This document shows, piece by piece, positions 36,633-47,011 of a stretch of 64,000 nucleotides of DNA. Source of the DNA: an uncultured Nanoarchaeota archaeon (lineage in GTDB: Archaea; Nanobdellota; Nanobdellia; Pacearchaeales; GW2011-AR1); NCBI GenBank assembly GCA_963743615.1, contig CAVUQF010000003.1, positions 132,944 to 196,943 on the forward strand, given 5' to 3'. Numbering within the stretch: position 1 is the first letter of the stretch; every line of letters begins with the position of its first letter. The position numbers were made by a program, and so were the translations under genes. The notes under the pieces were generated by a model. That model was not told where the DNA came from. It saw only the letters and a list, made by a program, of their open reading frames with translations, and did not search any database.

Positions 36633-38834
36633 ATGAGACGTAGTTTTAATGACTTAGACATAGTTTTCCTATCAACTTATCCTCCAAGAGAGTGTGGGAT
36701 TGCTACATTTACGAAAGATTTAGTTGCTTCTATCAATCAGAGATTGCCTAAGAATATACGATCGGGTATTATTGCCCTTAATAGCAATGGAGTTAACATT
36801 TACAATTACCCCCCAGAAGTTATTCATGAGATAAGCGATACTGATTTGAATGGTTATATCGAGGCTGCCAAACAGATTAATGATTCTCCTCGAATTAAAT
36901 TAGTTAATATACAACATGAATTTGGATTGTTCAGAGGTTCGTGGGGAGATTATCTTCTTGCATTTTTGGAGATTGTAAACAAACCGGTTGTGATCACATT
37001 CCATTCTGTTCTTCCCAATCCAGATCCTCAATTAAGAAAAGTTGTGAAATCAATCTCGGAAAAAGTTCAGGAGATTGTCGTTATGACTAATAAGGCTGTT
37101 GAGATTCTTAGAAATGTTTATCATATTAATACTCCAATTAATTTGATCCCTCATGGGATTCCAAAAGTTTCCTTTGAGGATCAGATGGCCGAGAAGATAA
37201 AGTTGGGATATGAGGGAAAGATAATTCTGTCCTCTTTTGGTATGATAAGTGCGGGCAAGGGATACGAGTATGTTATTGAGGCTCTTCCTAATATTGTAAA
37301 AAAGTTCCCTAATTTAGTTTATTTGATTATCGGAGAGACTCATCCCATTGTTAGAAAAGAACAAGGCGAAAATTATCGAAATCTGTTGGTAAAAAAAATT
37401 AAGAAGCTGAAGCTCGAGGAGCATGTAAAATTTTACAACAAATATCTTACTTTGGATGAGATAATTCAGTATCTTAAAGCGACTGATGTTTACATTTCTT
37501 CTGGAATGAATCCAAATCAGATTACATCTGGAACTTTATCTTATGCAATGGGTTGTGGAAGGGCTGTTGTGTCGACGGCATTTTTGCACGCAAAAGATCT
37601 CGTAAACCAAGAGAGAGGAATTTTAGTTGGTTTTGGGAAGCCAAGAGCATTTGAAAGAGCTATTCTTAATCTTCTCGAGAATACAGATTTAAGAAAAGAA
37701 ATAGAAAAGAATTCTTATTATTACACCAGATCTATGACCTGGCCCAATGTTGCAATGCATTATTGTGATCTTTTTAATAATTACATAGACTTAAAGGAGA
37801 AGGAGTTTGAATCTCTTCCTGAAATTGATACTTCCCATTTGGTAAGGTTGACTGATAACTTTGGAGTTATACAGTTTGCGGTTCAGTCTAATCCAGATAT
37901 TAGTTCGGGTTATACGTTAGATGATAATGCCAGAGCAATTTTAGTTTGTACAAAGCATTATGAAAAGTTCAGAGAGTTCAAACAATTAGATTTGATTAGA
38001 ACGTACTTAAGTTATATCAAGTATGTTCAGAAAAGTGATGGGAAGCTTTATAATTTTGTTAACAAGGATAAAGAACTTACGAGTGAAAAGTGGAGTGAAG
38101 ATGCTCATGGTAGAGCAATCTGGGCTCTGGGTTATCTGATTTCTTCTCCAAATATTCCTGATGATTTTAAGAAGGAAGCTGAGAAAATAATAATAAAAGC
38201 TATAGACGCTTCTAATGAGATATCCTCTCCAAGGTCACTTTCGTTTATTATTGAAGGACTGTATTTCTATAACAGAATTGCGAATTCTTTTAAGATAAAG
38301 AGACAGATCGCAAAACTTGCAGATTATCTTGTTTCGCTTTATAAGTCCGCTTCTAATCCAGAATGGAGATGGTTTGAACCTTACATGACTTATGCAAATA
38401 GTAAGCTCCCTGAAGCATTGTTGTATGCTTACTTATCTACTGGAAGAAGAGAATATCTTGATTGTGGATTAGATTCCCTTAATTTTCTTTTGTCCAAAAC
38501 ATTTAGGGAGGAGGTTTTTGTTCCAGTTGGACAGAGAGGATGGTACCCTCAGGAGGGTAAGAAAGCAGATTATGACCAGCAACCAATAGAAGCTTCTTAT
38601 ATGATTCAGGCTCTTATTCTTGCGTATCAAATTGTTAGGGATGAGAAGTATAAGAAATATGCATTGCATGCTTTTCAGTGGTTTATTGGGAAAAATACCT
38701 TGAATCAAGTTATTTATGATTCTTCAACAGGAGGTTGTTATGACGGGCTTGGTGAAAATGCGATTAACCTCAATCAGGGAGCTGAGTCTACAATTTCTTA
38801 TTTGATGGCAAGACTTTACTTGATGGATTTGTGA
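36633..38834 (+). CDS. GT4 glycosyltransferase fused to a C-terminal glycosidase-like alpha/alpha domain
   Basis: STYPPRECGIATFT, IQHEFG, SGTLSYAMGCG; second domain GYTLDDNARA, EDAHGRAIWALG, YDQQPIEA, NQGAEST. Confidence 0.85.
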   Translation: MRRSFNDLDIVFLSTYPPRECGIATFTKDLVASINQRLPKNIRSGIIALNSNGVNIYNYPPEVIHEISDTDLNGYIEAAKQINDSPRIKLVNIQHEFGLFRGSWGDYLLAFLEIVNKPVVITFHSVLPNPDPQLRKVVKSISEKVQEIVVMTNKAVEILRNVYHINTPINLIPHGIPKVSFEDQMAEKIKLGYEGKIILSSFGMISAGKGYEYVIEALPNIVKKFPNLVYLIIGETHPIVRKEQGENYRNLLVKKIKKLKLEEHVKFYNKYLTLDEIIQYLKATDVYISSGMNPNQITSGTLSYAMGCGRAVVSTAFLHAKDLVNQERGILVGFGKPRAFERAILNLLENTDLRKEIEKNSYYYTRSMTWPNVAMHYCDLFNNYIDLKEKEFESLPEIDTSHLVRLTDNFGVIQFAVQSNPDISSGYTLDDNARAILVCTKHYEKFREFKQLDLIRTYLSYIKYVQKSDGKLYNFVNKDKELTSEKWSEDAHGRAIWALGYLISSPNIPDDFKKEAEKIIIKAIDASNEISSPRSLSFIIEGLYFYNRIANSFKIKRQIAKLADYLVSLYKSASNPEWRWFEPYMTYANSKLPEALLYAYLSTGRREYLDCGLDSLNFLLSKTFREEVFVPVGQRGWYPQEGKKADYDQQPIEASYMIQALILAYQIVRDEKYKKYALHAFQWFIGKNTLNQVIYDSSTGGCYDGLGENAINLNQGAESTISYLMARLYLMDL

Positions 38835-38841
38835 TTAGAAA

Positions 38842-39966
38842 ATGGAATTAACAAAAAAAGCTTACGATCAAGCTGTCTGGATTTTGGGCAAGTGTTCTAC
38901 GCCAAATGGGTTTTTTGCGGCTCATCCCGGATATGATATGGTATTTGGGAGGGATTCTATGATTATGTCTTTAGGTGCTTCACTTATCAAAGATAAGAAA
39001 TTAAAGGAAACAATAAAGAAATCAATTGTAACTCTCGCAGAAAATCAATCTAAAAAAGGTCAGATACCCAATGCTGTTGACAAGTTTGTAAATACGAGGA
39101 AACATCATGTAGATTACATGTCTCTTGATTCTTCTCTCTGGTTTTTGATAGCCAATTATAATTATAAATCAAAATACAAGGAAAGTTCTCTGTTTAACAA
39201 GTATAAGAAGAGTATGGATAGGATTCTCTATTGGTTGTATTGTTTGGATACTGGAGAAGATGGAATGCCTGAGCAGTTGCCTACCACTGATTGGCAGGAT
39301 GCGTTTCCTCATAGGTATGGGCATACTATTAATACCCAAGCACTATATTATCATGCTCTGAAACTTGTGGGTAAAGATAAGGAAGCTGGAAGGGTGAAGA
39401 AAGTTGTAAACAATAATGAAGATTTTAAATTGTGGAATGGGGAATTTTATCTCCCCTGGAGATGGAAAAATCATAATAAATATCAAGAAAAAGGGGAGTG
39501 GTTTGATTCTTTAGGGAATCTGCTGGCAATAATTTTTGATCTATCGGATAATGAGCAGTCTGAAAAGATTTTAAATTACATAAAAAAACAGAAAATTGCA
39601 GAACCTTATCCCATAAAAGCAATTTATCCGGCAATATTTCCAGGAAGCAAGGACTGGCAGGATTATTTCCTTGATTGCCAGGCGGGAATACCCTGGAATT
39701 ATCTGAACGGAGGAATATGGACTTTTATAGGGGGTTTTTATGTCCTAGCTCTTATCAAGATGAAGCAGTTTAAGGAGGCTGAGAGACAGCTTCAAAAACT
39801 TGCAGAGGCCAATATGCAAAATAACGGAAATTTTTCAGAATGGCTTCATGGATTAACAGGAAAGATAGGAAGAACAGAGGCAGGCATTGAAAGTTATCAA
39901 GGTTGGAATGCAGGAATGTATATAGTGGCTTACGAATCTTTGAAGAAGAAAAAAGTTTTGATTTAA
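38842..39966 (+). CDS. GH100-like (neutral/alkaline invertase-like) six-hairpin glycosidase
   Basis: VFGRDS, LDSSLWFL, YLNGGIWTF, FSEWLHG, QGWNAG parallel GH100/amylo-glucosidase motifs. Confidence 0.7.
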   Translation: MELTKKAYDQAVWILGKCSTPNGFFAAHPGYDMVFGRDSMIMSLGASLIKDKKLKETIKKSIVTLAENQSKKGQIPNAVDKFVNTRKHHVDYMSLDSSLWFLIANYNYKSKYKESSLFNKYKKSMDRILYWLYCLDTGEDGMPEQLPTTDWQDAFPHRYGHTINTQALYYHALKLVGKDKEAGRVKKVVNNNEDFKLWNGEFYLPWRWKNHNKYQEKGEWFDSLGNLLAIIFDLSDNEQSEKILNYIKKQKIAEPYPIKAIYPAIFPGSKDWQDYFLDCQAGIPWNYLNGGIWTFIGGFYVLALIKMKQFKEAERQLQKLAEANMQNNGNFSEWLHGLTGKIGRTEAGIESYQGWNAGMYIVAYESLKKKKVLI

Positions 39967-40031
39967 TTTTTGACTGGTTTTTGTTAAGATTTCTAAAAAG
40001 ATTTTTATACCTTGGAATATTGTCCCTCCTA

Positions 40032-41153
40032 ATGATTCCGATAAGAAAAGAGGATGTGTTAGTTGAGCCCAAGGATGTGAAGCCGACTTCAAAAGACTTT
40101 GAAGTTATTGGGACGTTTAATCCTGCTGCCGCAAGACTTCCTAACGGGGATATTGCTCTTTATGTAAGGGTCACTGAAAAGCTGATCAAGAATGAATCAG
40201 AGGAGTATTATTTTGCTCCTAGATTTGATGGAGAAAAATCCTTTTCTATGAAACTTGACAGGTTCAACAAGAAAGATGTTACGTCTAAATCAAATGTAGA
40301 TATTCAGTTCAAGGATTATACAAAGAGACTGTTCTTTATTTCACATCTTAGAAGAGTAATTCTTGATAAGACTGGCTTTAAGATAAAATCTATAGATCAC
40401 AAGCCAACATTTTCCGGGTTGATAAATGACGGGGAATTGGGGATTGAAGATCCGAGAATTGTAAAACTTGGAGATAGATATGCTATGACTTATGTTTCTT
40501 TGTCAAGACAGGAAAATCTCTCAAGTTCCTTGGCTTTATCTGATGATTGCATTAACTGGGAGAGAAAGGGGGCAATATTTTCTGAGCAGAATAAAGATGT
40601 TGTTCTATATCCGGAAATGGTCAGGGGGAATTATTTTGTTTTCAATAGACCTGAAGGGGGGTTTGAATTTACCCCTCCCCATATGTGGATGGCCTCTTCA
40701 AAAGATCTTGTTAACTGGGGTAAAAATAGACCCTTGGAATTGTCGAAGAAGGGTCATTGGGATTATGAGAGGATTGGTGCTGGAGCGCCCCCCGTAAGAA
40801 CAGATGACGGATGGCTTCTTCTTTATCACGGAGTAATTGAGAAAAGTTTTGATGCTCCTGCGGTTGGTTCGGGTTCAAGTGTTGTTAACACAACATCCAC
40901 TTATGAGGTTGGTGCGGCGTTATTTGACTTGAAAAATCCGAGAAAATTAATTGCAAAATCTAATGAGCCAATAATATCTCCCAAGAAAAAATATGAACAA
41001 AAGGGTTTTGTTAACAATGTAATATTCCCTACAGGGTTAGTTCAGGATCAAAACGATAAATATTTGCTACTCTTCTCTGGTGGAGCTGATACGGTTACCT
41101 CAGTCAAGAAGATTGCAATAAGAGACATACTCAATAGACTTGAAAAAGTTTAA
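40032..41153 (+). CDS. GH130 family glycoside phosphorylase/hydrolase
   Basis: FNPAAA, GIEDPRIV, NKDVVLYPE, RIGAGAPP, WLLLYHGV, NVIFPTG; start moved to ATG 40032. Confidence 0.88.
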   Translation: MIPIRKEDVLVEPKDVKPTSKDFEVIGTFNPAAARLPNGDIALYVRVTEKLIKNESEEYYFAPRFDGEKSFSMKLDRFNKKDVTSKSNVDIQFKDYTKRLFFISHLRRVILDKTGFKIKSIDHKPTFSGLINDGELGIEDPRIVKLGDRYAMTYVSLSRQENLSSSLALSDDCINWERKGAIFSEQNKDVVLYPEMVRGNYFVFNRPEGGFEFTPPHMWMASSKDLVNWGKNRPLELSKKGHWDYERIGAGAPPVRTDDGWLLLYHGVIEKSFDAPAVGSGSSVVNTTSTYEVGAALFDLKNPRKLIAKSNEPIISPKKKYEQKGFVNNVIFPTGLVQDQNDKYLLLFSGGADTVTSVKKIAIRDILNRLEKV

Positions 41154-42301
41154 TTCTCTTTGCTTAGTACATATTTGTTGATCAGATCTAGCATTCTCTG
41201 GGAAACTAATCTGTAATGGAAATTTTCCAAGGCATGTTTTGCCGCATTTTTTCCCATTTCTTCTCTTAGTTTTTTATCAGTCATTAATCTTATGGTATAA
41301 TCTGCAAGTTGATCCACGTTTGCCCAGTATGCAAATGTTTTCGGTTTATCAAAAATAATCTTATGATTTTCCTCAAATCCCATCCAATCATAAGCCCATT
41401 CACTGTCTAGTTTAATTTCTCTTTCAGGTTCTGCAAGGAATCCTGTTTTTCCGTGTATAATTGTATCTTTTGGACCCCCAACGTTTATTGAAACTACCGG
41501 TCTACCGCAAGCCATTGCTTCTAATTGAATCATCCCAAATCCTTCTATTCTTGATGGTGCTGCATAAATATCGCATGCCCTCATTAAGTCTGCCATAAAT
41601 TCAGAAGAGTAGTCTCCTTCCAGATAAATTATTCTGTGCTTTTCTAGCCCTAACTCGTTTATTAATTTGTTTTCTTCTTTTCCATGGTCCTCTGAAGAAA
41701 ATCCTTCATTGATTTTCAAAACATATTTCCAATTAGGAAATTTATCCTTTATTTTTGCAATTGCTTTTAGCATTTCCTGGGCGCCCTTGCTTGTTACGTC
41801 TCCTCCTGCAGTCAATATCATTATTTCATCCTCGCCTATTCCTAATATCTGCCTAAGTTTTTTTCTATTCTCGTCATCTTCTGATGTTGGATAAAAAATT
41901 TCAGGATCATAGCCAATGGGACAGACATGAATGTTGTCTCCTTTAACTCCATCTCTCATGTAAATTTCCTTGACCCAATTGCTATTAGCCACTATTAAAG
42001 GCAGGCTATTGAGAATGCTATGGTAATTTGCAACCCATCCGTCTGCATTAAACCAAGGCACTGCTTTTAATCCATGGTTCATCGGGCTGATTATGACCTC
42101 TGGCGTTTCTCCCCAGAAACCAACTCCGATAACTGCATCTGGATTGAATGTTTTGTAGGCGTATAATTTCTGCAGGTTATTATCCCTATTGCAGGGCATT
42201 ACATCAACTCCTAGTTCCCGCAGGCCTTTTACAAGGTAGTATCCCTGTATACTTAACCCGCTTGGATTAAGAGGATAAGGATATAATACTAATATTTTCA
42301 T
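41150..42301 (-). CDS. GT4 glycosyltransferase
   Basis: PSRIEGFGMIQLEAMACGRPVVSINVGGPKDTI. Confidence 0.9.
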   Translation of the reverse strand: MKILVLYPYPLNPSGLSIQGYYLVKGLRELGVDVMPCNRDNNLQKLYAYKTFNPDAVIGVGFWGETPEVIISPMNHGLKAVPWFNADGWVANYHSILNSLPLIVANSNWVKEIYMRDGVKGDNIHVCPIGYDPEIFYPTSEDDENRKKLRQILGIGEDEIMILTAGGDVTSKGAQEMLKAIAKIKDKFPNWKYVLKINEGFSSEDHGKEENKLINELGLEKHRIIYLEGDYSSEFMADLMRACDIYAAPSRIEGFGMIQLEAMACGRPVVSINVGGPKDTIIHGKTGFLAEPEREIKLDSEWAYDWMGFEENHKIIFDKPKTFAYWANVDQLADYTIRLMTDKKLREEMGKNAAKHALENFHYRLVSQRMLDLINKYVLSKEN

Positions 42302-42891
42302 CTTAACATGAAACTTTCAATTTTATTGCAGCTCATTAGTTCGAATCCTTTCTCATCTGGGTATCCATAGATATTTTTTACAATTCTTCTTTTTAGCCCC
42401 ATCTCTTTATTGTTAAGATTTAAGATTCTGTCAGATTTCTTTATCGGTTTTGGAACTCTTAAATCTGGATAAGGTAAGTTCTCTCCTTTTTCATAATTAA
42501 AGAAATAAACTTTGCTTGCATTTAATTGTTTTCTTTCTACCATTTTATCTACTGATTTATGTGTTTCAATGTGCCTTATGTGCCCATATTCTCCGTTTTC
42601 TCCATGGGTAAATATCACATCATAATTTCTTTTTGACAATGCTTTTTTTATAATCCCGATGATTTTGTCAATTTCAATTGGCCTTAGTTCCGCATCGTCT
42701 AGGTCGCAGATCAATCCAGTTGCATTGTACAAGTTGCACACTTTTTCGAATTTCGGCTTTCTATCAGGATCGCTTGCCCTGCACAAGGAAAGAATTGTCC
42801 ATTTCCAATTTTTATTCTTTAAAATTGTCCCCCCCATCCATATCGTTTCATCATCTGGATGTGCAACAATAACTAGCGCTTCTTTTTCCAT
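42298..42891 (-). CDS. PIG-L/LmbE family N-acetylglucosaminyl deacetylase
   Basis: VAHPDDET, FTHGENGEYGHIRH. Confidence 0.88.
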   Translation of the reverse strand: MEKEALVIVAHPDDETIWMGGTILKNKNWKWTILSLCRASDPDRKPKFEKVCNLYNATGLICDLDDAELRPIEIDKIIGIIKKALSKRNYDVIFTHGENGEYGHIRHIETHKSVDKMVERKQLNASKVYFFNYEKGENLPYPDLRVPKPIKKSDRILNLNNKEMGLKRRIVKNIYGYPDEKGFELMSCNKIESFMLR

Positions 42892-42925
42892 GGTAATCCT
42901 TTTGAAATTTCCTATTTAAGTTTTA

Positions 42926-43630
42926 TTATAATTTTCTAGAAGCGTCTTTATCTATAATAAAAGTGATATTTTTATGCGTTCTCAATATTGATGCGGGAAT
43001 TTCCTCGGTTATTGGACCTTTTAATGCCCTGTAAACAGCTTCGGATTTCTTTAGTCCAAGCGCAAGCAAGATTATTTTTCTTGATTTCATTATTGTTTTT
43101 ATTCCAACAGTGTAAGCTTCTCTTGGAACTTTTCTTATTTTGGGGAACAATCTCGAATTTACTTTTAACGTTGTCTCTGACAATTTAACCTCTCTAGTTT
43201 TACTATCAAAGGAGGATCCTGGTTCATTGAATGCTATGTGATCATTTACCCCTATTCCTAATATAGCTAAGTCTACCCCCCCGTGCCTGTCTATTTCTGC
43301 TTCATATTCTTCCCTATTTGATGATGGAAAATGAGTATTACATTTTTGTATGTTTACTCTATCAAAAAGGTACTTGTTCATATAATAATGATAGCTTTCC
43401 TTGTCATTAAATTTTAGTCCTGCATATTCGTCCAGATTGAAGGTGCTTATTTTTGAGAAATCTATCTCGCCCTTTCTGTATAACCTGACCAGTTCATTAT
43501 ACAATGGGATCATTGTCGATCCTGTTGCTAATTGCAAAACAGCTTCTGGCTTTTTCTTAATCAACTCTGAGATTATCTGCGCTGTTTTTTCAACTGCCTC
43601 TTTTTTTGATTTGGTTATAATTTGTTTCAT
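42926..43630 (-). CDS. nagB: Glucosamine-6-phosphate deaminase
   Basis: LATGST, TFNLDEYAGL, LGIGVNDHIAFNEPGS, PASIL. Confidence 0.9.
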   Translation of the reverse strand: MKQIITKSKKEAVEKTAQIISELIKKKPEAVLQLATGSTMIPLYNELVRLYRKGEIDFSKISTFNLDEYAGLKFNDKESYHYYMNKYLFDRVNIQKCNTHFPSSNREEYEAEIDRHGGVDLAILGIGVNDHIAFNEPGSSFDSKTREVKLSETTLKVNSRLFPKIRKVPREAYTVGIKTIMKSRKIILLALGLKKSEAVYRALKGPITEEIPASILRTHKNITFIIDKDASRKL

Positions 43631-43714
43631 TTTATACTCTTTTATTGTTAGGTAAAGTCTTTAAATATATAAAAATGTTATTTTTATAAAATAACAATTG
43701 TTAACTTATATAAT

Positions 43715-43975
43715 ATGGCAACAGATAAAAAATTTGTTACAAAAGGAATGCTTTTGATGGATATAATAACTAGATACCCTGAAGTTGCGCCGATTCTAAT
43801 GGGATATGGGCTTCATTGCATAGGATGCGCCTTTTCAGGGGCAGATACTTTAGAAATGGGAGCAAAACTTCATGGTATGGATGAAGAAACAATTGGCATG
43901 ATGGTTGATGATGTTAATGCGATAATAGATAAATTCTGCATCAAAAAAGAGTTGTCTAATAAAGGTAAAAAATAG
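43715..43975 (+). CDS. DUF1858 (hybrid-cluster/redox disulfide-associated) domain protein
   Basis: YPEVAPILMGYGLHCIGC....DTLE.GA.LHG. Confidence 0.85.
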   Translation: MATDKKFVTKGMLLMDIITRYPEVAPILMGYGLHCIGCAFSGADTLEMGAKLHGMDEETIGMMVDDVNAIIDKFCIKKELSNKGKK

Positions 43976-44344
43976 TTAATTTCTGAGGCAAACATCACAA
44001 TTTTTTGAGATTTTCTTGTCCCGCAATCTATGAAAATTACACATTACCTTTGATTTCCTTAATAAAACACATAAGTTGTAAATCTCTTTTGTTATATCTC
44101 CTTTTTTTTCTATAATCTCTTTTGCAGATTTCTTTATTTCGGACATAGCTTCCTTTGAAAATTTTATTTCATTGCCCCTTTTTGATTTGAGATACTGCGA
44201 GACTGCGGCTTCAGTAATTCCAAGATATTTTGCAACTTCTTTCTGTTTTATTTTATATTCCGCGATGAATACTTTTGCAAGCTCTTTTCTTAGAGCTGGT
44301 ATTAGATACCATACTTCAAGTTCTTGAGGCATTACTTTTTTCAT
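43976..44344 (-). CDS. HTH transcriptional regulator with C-terminal Cys/His cluster
   Basis: PQELEVWYLIPALR, QKEVAKYLGITEAAVSQYLKSKRG, LC...CNFH...CDVC. Confidence 0.85.
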   Translation of the reverse strand: MKKVMPQELEVWYLIPALRKELAKVFIAEYKIKQKEVAKYLGITEAAVSQYLKSKRGNEIKFSKEAMSEIKKSAKEIIEKKGDITKEIYNLCVLLRKSKVMCNFHRLRDKKISKNCDVCLRN

Positions 44345-44421
44345 TTTTACATCAGTCTATTTTGATATTTAAGGCTTTTCACGTACCGCAACACTTAAAA
44401 ATATTAACTATAGTTAATTTC

Positions 44422-45828
44422 ATGGACCAAAGCCAAAATTTTGAAATAAGCAGGGAAATACTTGATTATCACAATGAGGAGGATCTTAAGTTTAAAGCTT
44501 CTTCAGGACTTAGCGAAGAAATTGTTAGACAAATTTCAAAGGATAAAAATGAGCCGGAATGGATGCTTGAGAAGAGGCTTAGGGGTCTTGAAATCTTTAA
44601 CAAAAGATCTACTCCTGTTTGGGGCCCGAACATTTCGGACTTGAATCTAGATGAAATATACTTTTATATGAAGCCAAACGCTGAAAAGAATTCCAACAAC
44701 TGGGAGAATGTACCTTCGGATATAAAGAAAACTTTCGAAAGGCTAGGAATCCCAGAGGCGGAGAGAAAATCGCTTTCAGGAGTCGGCGCTCAGTATGAAT
44801 CTGAGGTCATCTATCACAATTTAAAGAAGAGCCTTGAAGAAAAAGGCGTTATCTTCCTAGACATGGATGAAGCTGTAAAGAAGTTTCCTGAGATGGTTAA
44901 AAAATACTTCATGACTGATTGCATTTCCCCCTCTTTGCATAAATTTGCCGCTCTCCATTCTGCAGTCTGGAGTGGGGGGACTTTTATTTATGTTCCAAAA
45001 GGAGTTAAGGTTGAAATGCCTCTTCAGGCGTATTTCAGAATGAACGCAAAGAAAGGGGGGCAATTTGAACATACTTTAATTATAGCTGATGGAAATTCGG
45101 AAGTCCATTATATTGAGGGATGTTCTGCGCCAAAATATAGCGAAAATTCTCTTCATGCAGGGTGCGTTGAAATTCATGTTTTAGAAGGAGCAAGGGTAAG
45201 ATACTCAAGTATCGAAAATTGGAGTAAAAACACGTATAATCTGAATACAAAAAGAGCCATTGTTCATAAGAATGCAACAATGGAGTGGGTTAATGGGAAT
45301 ATGGGGAGCAAGGTTACAATGTTATATCCCTGCAGCGTTCTTATTGGAGAAAATGCAAGAACAGATTATATGGGAATTGCATTCGGAGGTCAGGGGCAAA
45401 ATCAGGATACAGGATGCAAAGTTTATCATTTTGCTCCCAACACAAGATCCAATGTTATTAGCAAAAGCATAAGCAAAGATGGGGGAGTTACTTCTTACAG
45501 AGGATTAGTTAAGATAAAGAGCGGATGCATTAATTCCAAATCGAGCGTAAGATGCGATGGGCTTATGTTGGATAATATAAGCAAAGCAAAGACATTTCCG
45601 AGCATGGAAGTCGAAGAGAATAATGTTGAGGTTTCACATGAAGCAGTGGTTGGTAAAATCGGAGAGGATCAGTTATTTTATTTAATGTCTCGGGGGTTAA
45701 GTGAGGAAGAGGCGACAAAGATGATCATTGCAGGTTTTATAGAACCTATTGTAAAGGAACTTCCCTTAGAATATGCACTTGAATTAAATAAACTGATTAG
45801 TCTTGAAATAGAAAATTCTGTGTGTTAA
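44422..45828 (+). CDS. sufB: Fe-S cluster assembly protein SufB
   Basis: GVGAQYESEV, WSGGTFIYVP, GQFEHTLII, VHYIEGCSAP, SHEAVVGKI, YLMSRGL; start ATG 44422. Confidence 0.95.
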   Translation: MDQSQNFEISREILDYHNEEDLKFKASSGLSEEIVRQISKDKNEPEWMLEKRLRGLEIFNKRSTPVWGPNISDLNLDEIYFYMKPNAEKNSNNWENVPSDIKKTFERLGIPEAERKSLSGVGAQYESEVIYHNLKKSLEEKGVIFLDMDEAVKKFPEMVKKYFMTDCISPSLHKFAALHSAVWSGGTFIYVPKGVKVEMPLQAYFRMNAKKGGQFEHTLIIADGNSEVHYIEGCSAPKYSENSLHAGCVEIHVLEGARVRYSSIENWSKNTYNLNTKRAIVHKNATMEWVNGNMGSKVTMLYPCSVLIGENARTDYMGIAFGGQGQNQDTGCKVYHFAPNTRSNVISKSISKDGGVTSYRGLVKIKSGCINSKSSVRCDGLMLDNISKAKTFPSMEVEENNVEVSHEAVVGKIGEDQLFYLMSRGLSEEEATKMIIAGFIEPIVKELPLEYALELNKLISLEIENSVC

Positions 45829-45829
45829 A

Positions 45830-46186
45830 ATGAACGAATTGTATAAAGATAAAATACTCGAATTATACTCTAGAAAGAAGAATTTTGGCAGTCTTCCAGA
45901 TAAAACACATGAAGTTAGTCACACTAATTCTGCATGCAATGACGAAGTGGTCTTTGAAGTAAAAATAGAAAATGATATCGTCTCAGATGCCAAATTTCAC
46001 GGCAAACTTTGTTTTGTCAGCACAATTGCTGCTGAAGCTCTAGCAGAGAATATAGTGGGGATGACTATTGATGAGATAAAAAAATTAAGCAAAGAAGATG
46101 TTGACAGATTTCTTGGCACTAATATAATTTTAACAAGAGTTGGATGTGAACTTCTTCCTTTAGAAGCTCTCAAAAGATTAAAATGA
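45830..46186 (+). CDS. sufU: IscU/SufU-like Fe-S scaffold
   Basis: NSACNDEV, KLCFVS, RVGCELL (three Cys). Confidence 0.8.
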   Translation: MNELYKDKILELYSRKKNFGSLPDKTHEVSHTNSACNDEVVFEVKIENDIVSDAKFHGKLCFVSTIAAEALAENIVGMTIDEIKKLSKEDVDRFLGTNIILTRVGCELLPLEALKRLK

Positions 46187-46926
46187 CACTCGAAATAAAA
46201 GATTTGCATGTTGAGATTGATGATGATGGAAAAAGAAAAGAGATCCTTAAGGGTTTAAGTTTTAAGCTTGAAAAAGGAAAAGTTTATGCTCTTATGGGTC
46301 CCAATGGCAGCGGCAAAACAAGTCTTTCATATGCATTGATGGGACATCCAAAGTATAAGATAACTTCTGGTAAGATCTTGCTTGATGGAGATGACATAAC
46401 TAATCTTAGCCCTGATGAAAAAGCAAGGAAGGGAATGTTTTTATCTTTTCAATATCCGAGGGAGGTAGCGGGTTTAAGCCTGTCAAATTTCTTGAGAGCA
46501 GCTTATAATTCTGTTAATTCAAGCAAAAAATCAATCTTACATTTTTATGAATTATTGAAAGAAAAATCCAAGTTGCTTAAGATAGATGAAAAATTTCTTG
46601 AGAGGTATTTGAATCAGGGTTTTAGCGGGGGAGAAAAGAAAAAGTCGGAGATTTTGCAAATGTTGGTCCTTAACCCAAAAGTTGCCATTCTTGATGAGAC
46701 TGACTCTGGCCTGGATATAGATGCCTTGAGAATTGTTGCAGAGGGAATTAATAGCTTTGCTAACAAAGATAATTATATTTTAGTTATAACCCATTATAAA
46801 AGGATTCTTGATTATGTTAATCCCGATAGAGTTTTAGTTTTAGTTGATGGGAAAATAGTCAAAGAGGAAGGAAAAGAATTTGTTTCTCATCTTGAGGAAA
46901 AAGGATATGAACGGATTAATAATTAA
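46183..46926 (+). CDS. sufC: Fe-S cluster assembly ATPase SufC
   Basis: GPNGSGKT, FLSFQYP, FSGGEKKK, LDETDSGLDIDAL, ITHYKRIL. Confidence 0.95.
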   Translation: MTLEIKDLHVEIDDDGKRKEILKGLSFKLEKGKVYALMGPNGSGKTSLSYALMGHPKYKITSGKILLDGDDITNLSPDEKARKGMFLSFQYPREVAGLSLSNFLRAAYNSVNSSKKSILHFYELLKEKSKLLKIDEKFLERYLNQGFSGGEKKKSEILQMLVLNPKVAILDETDSGLDIDALRIVAEGINSFANKDNYILVITHYKRILDYVNPDRVLVLVDGKIVKEEGKEFVSHLEEKGYERINN

Positions 46927-47011
46927 TCTTTATATTCTACCTCGTTTTGAGGCTGTAGTTTTGTAAATAATAATATTTTTATAATGACTTTACTACTTAC
47001 TAATAAAAGAA

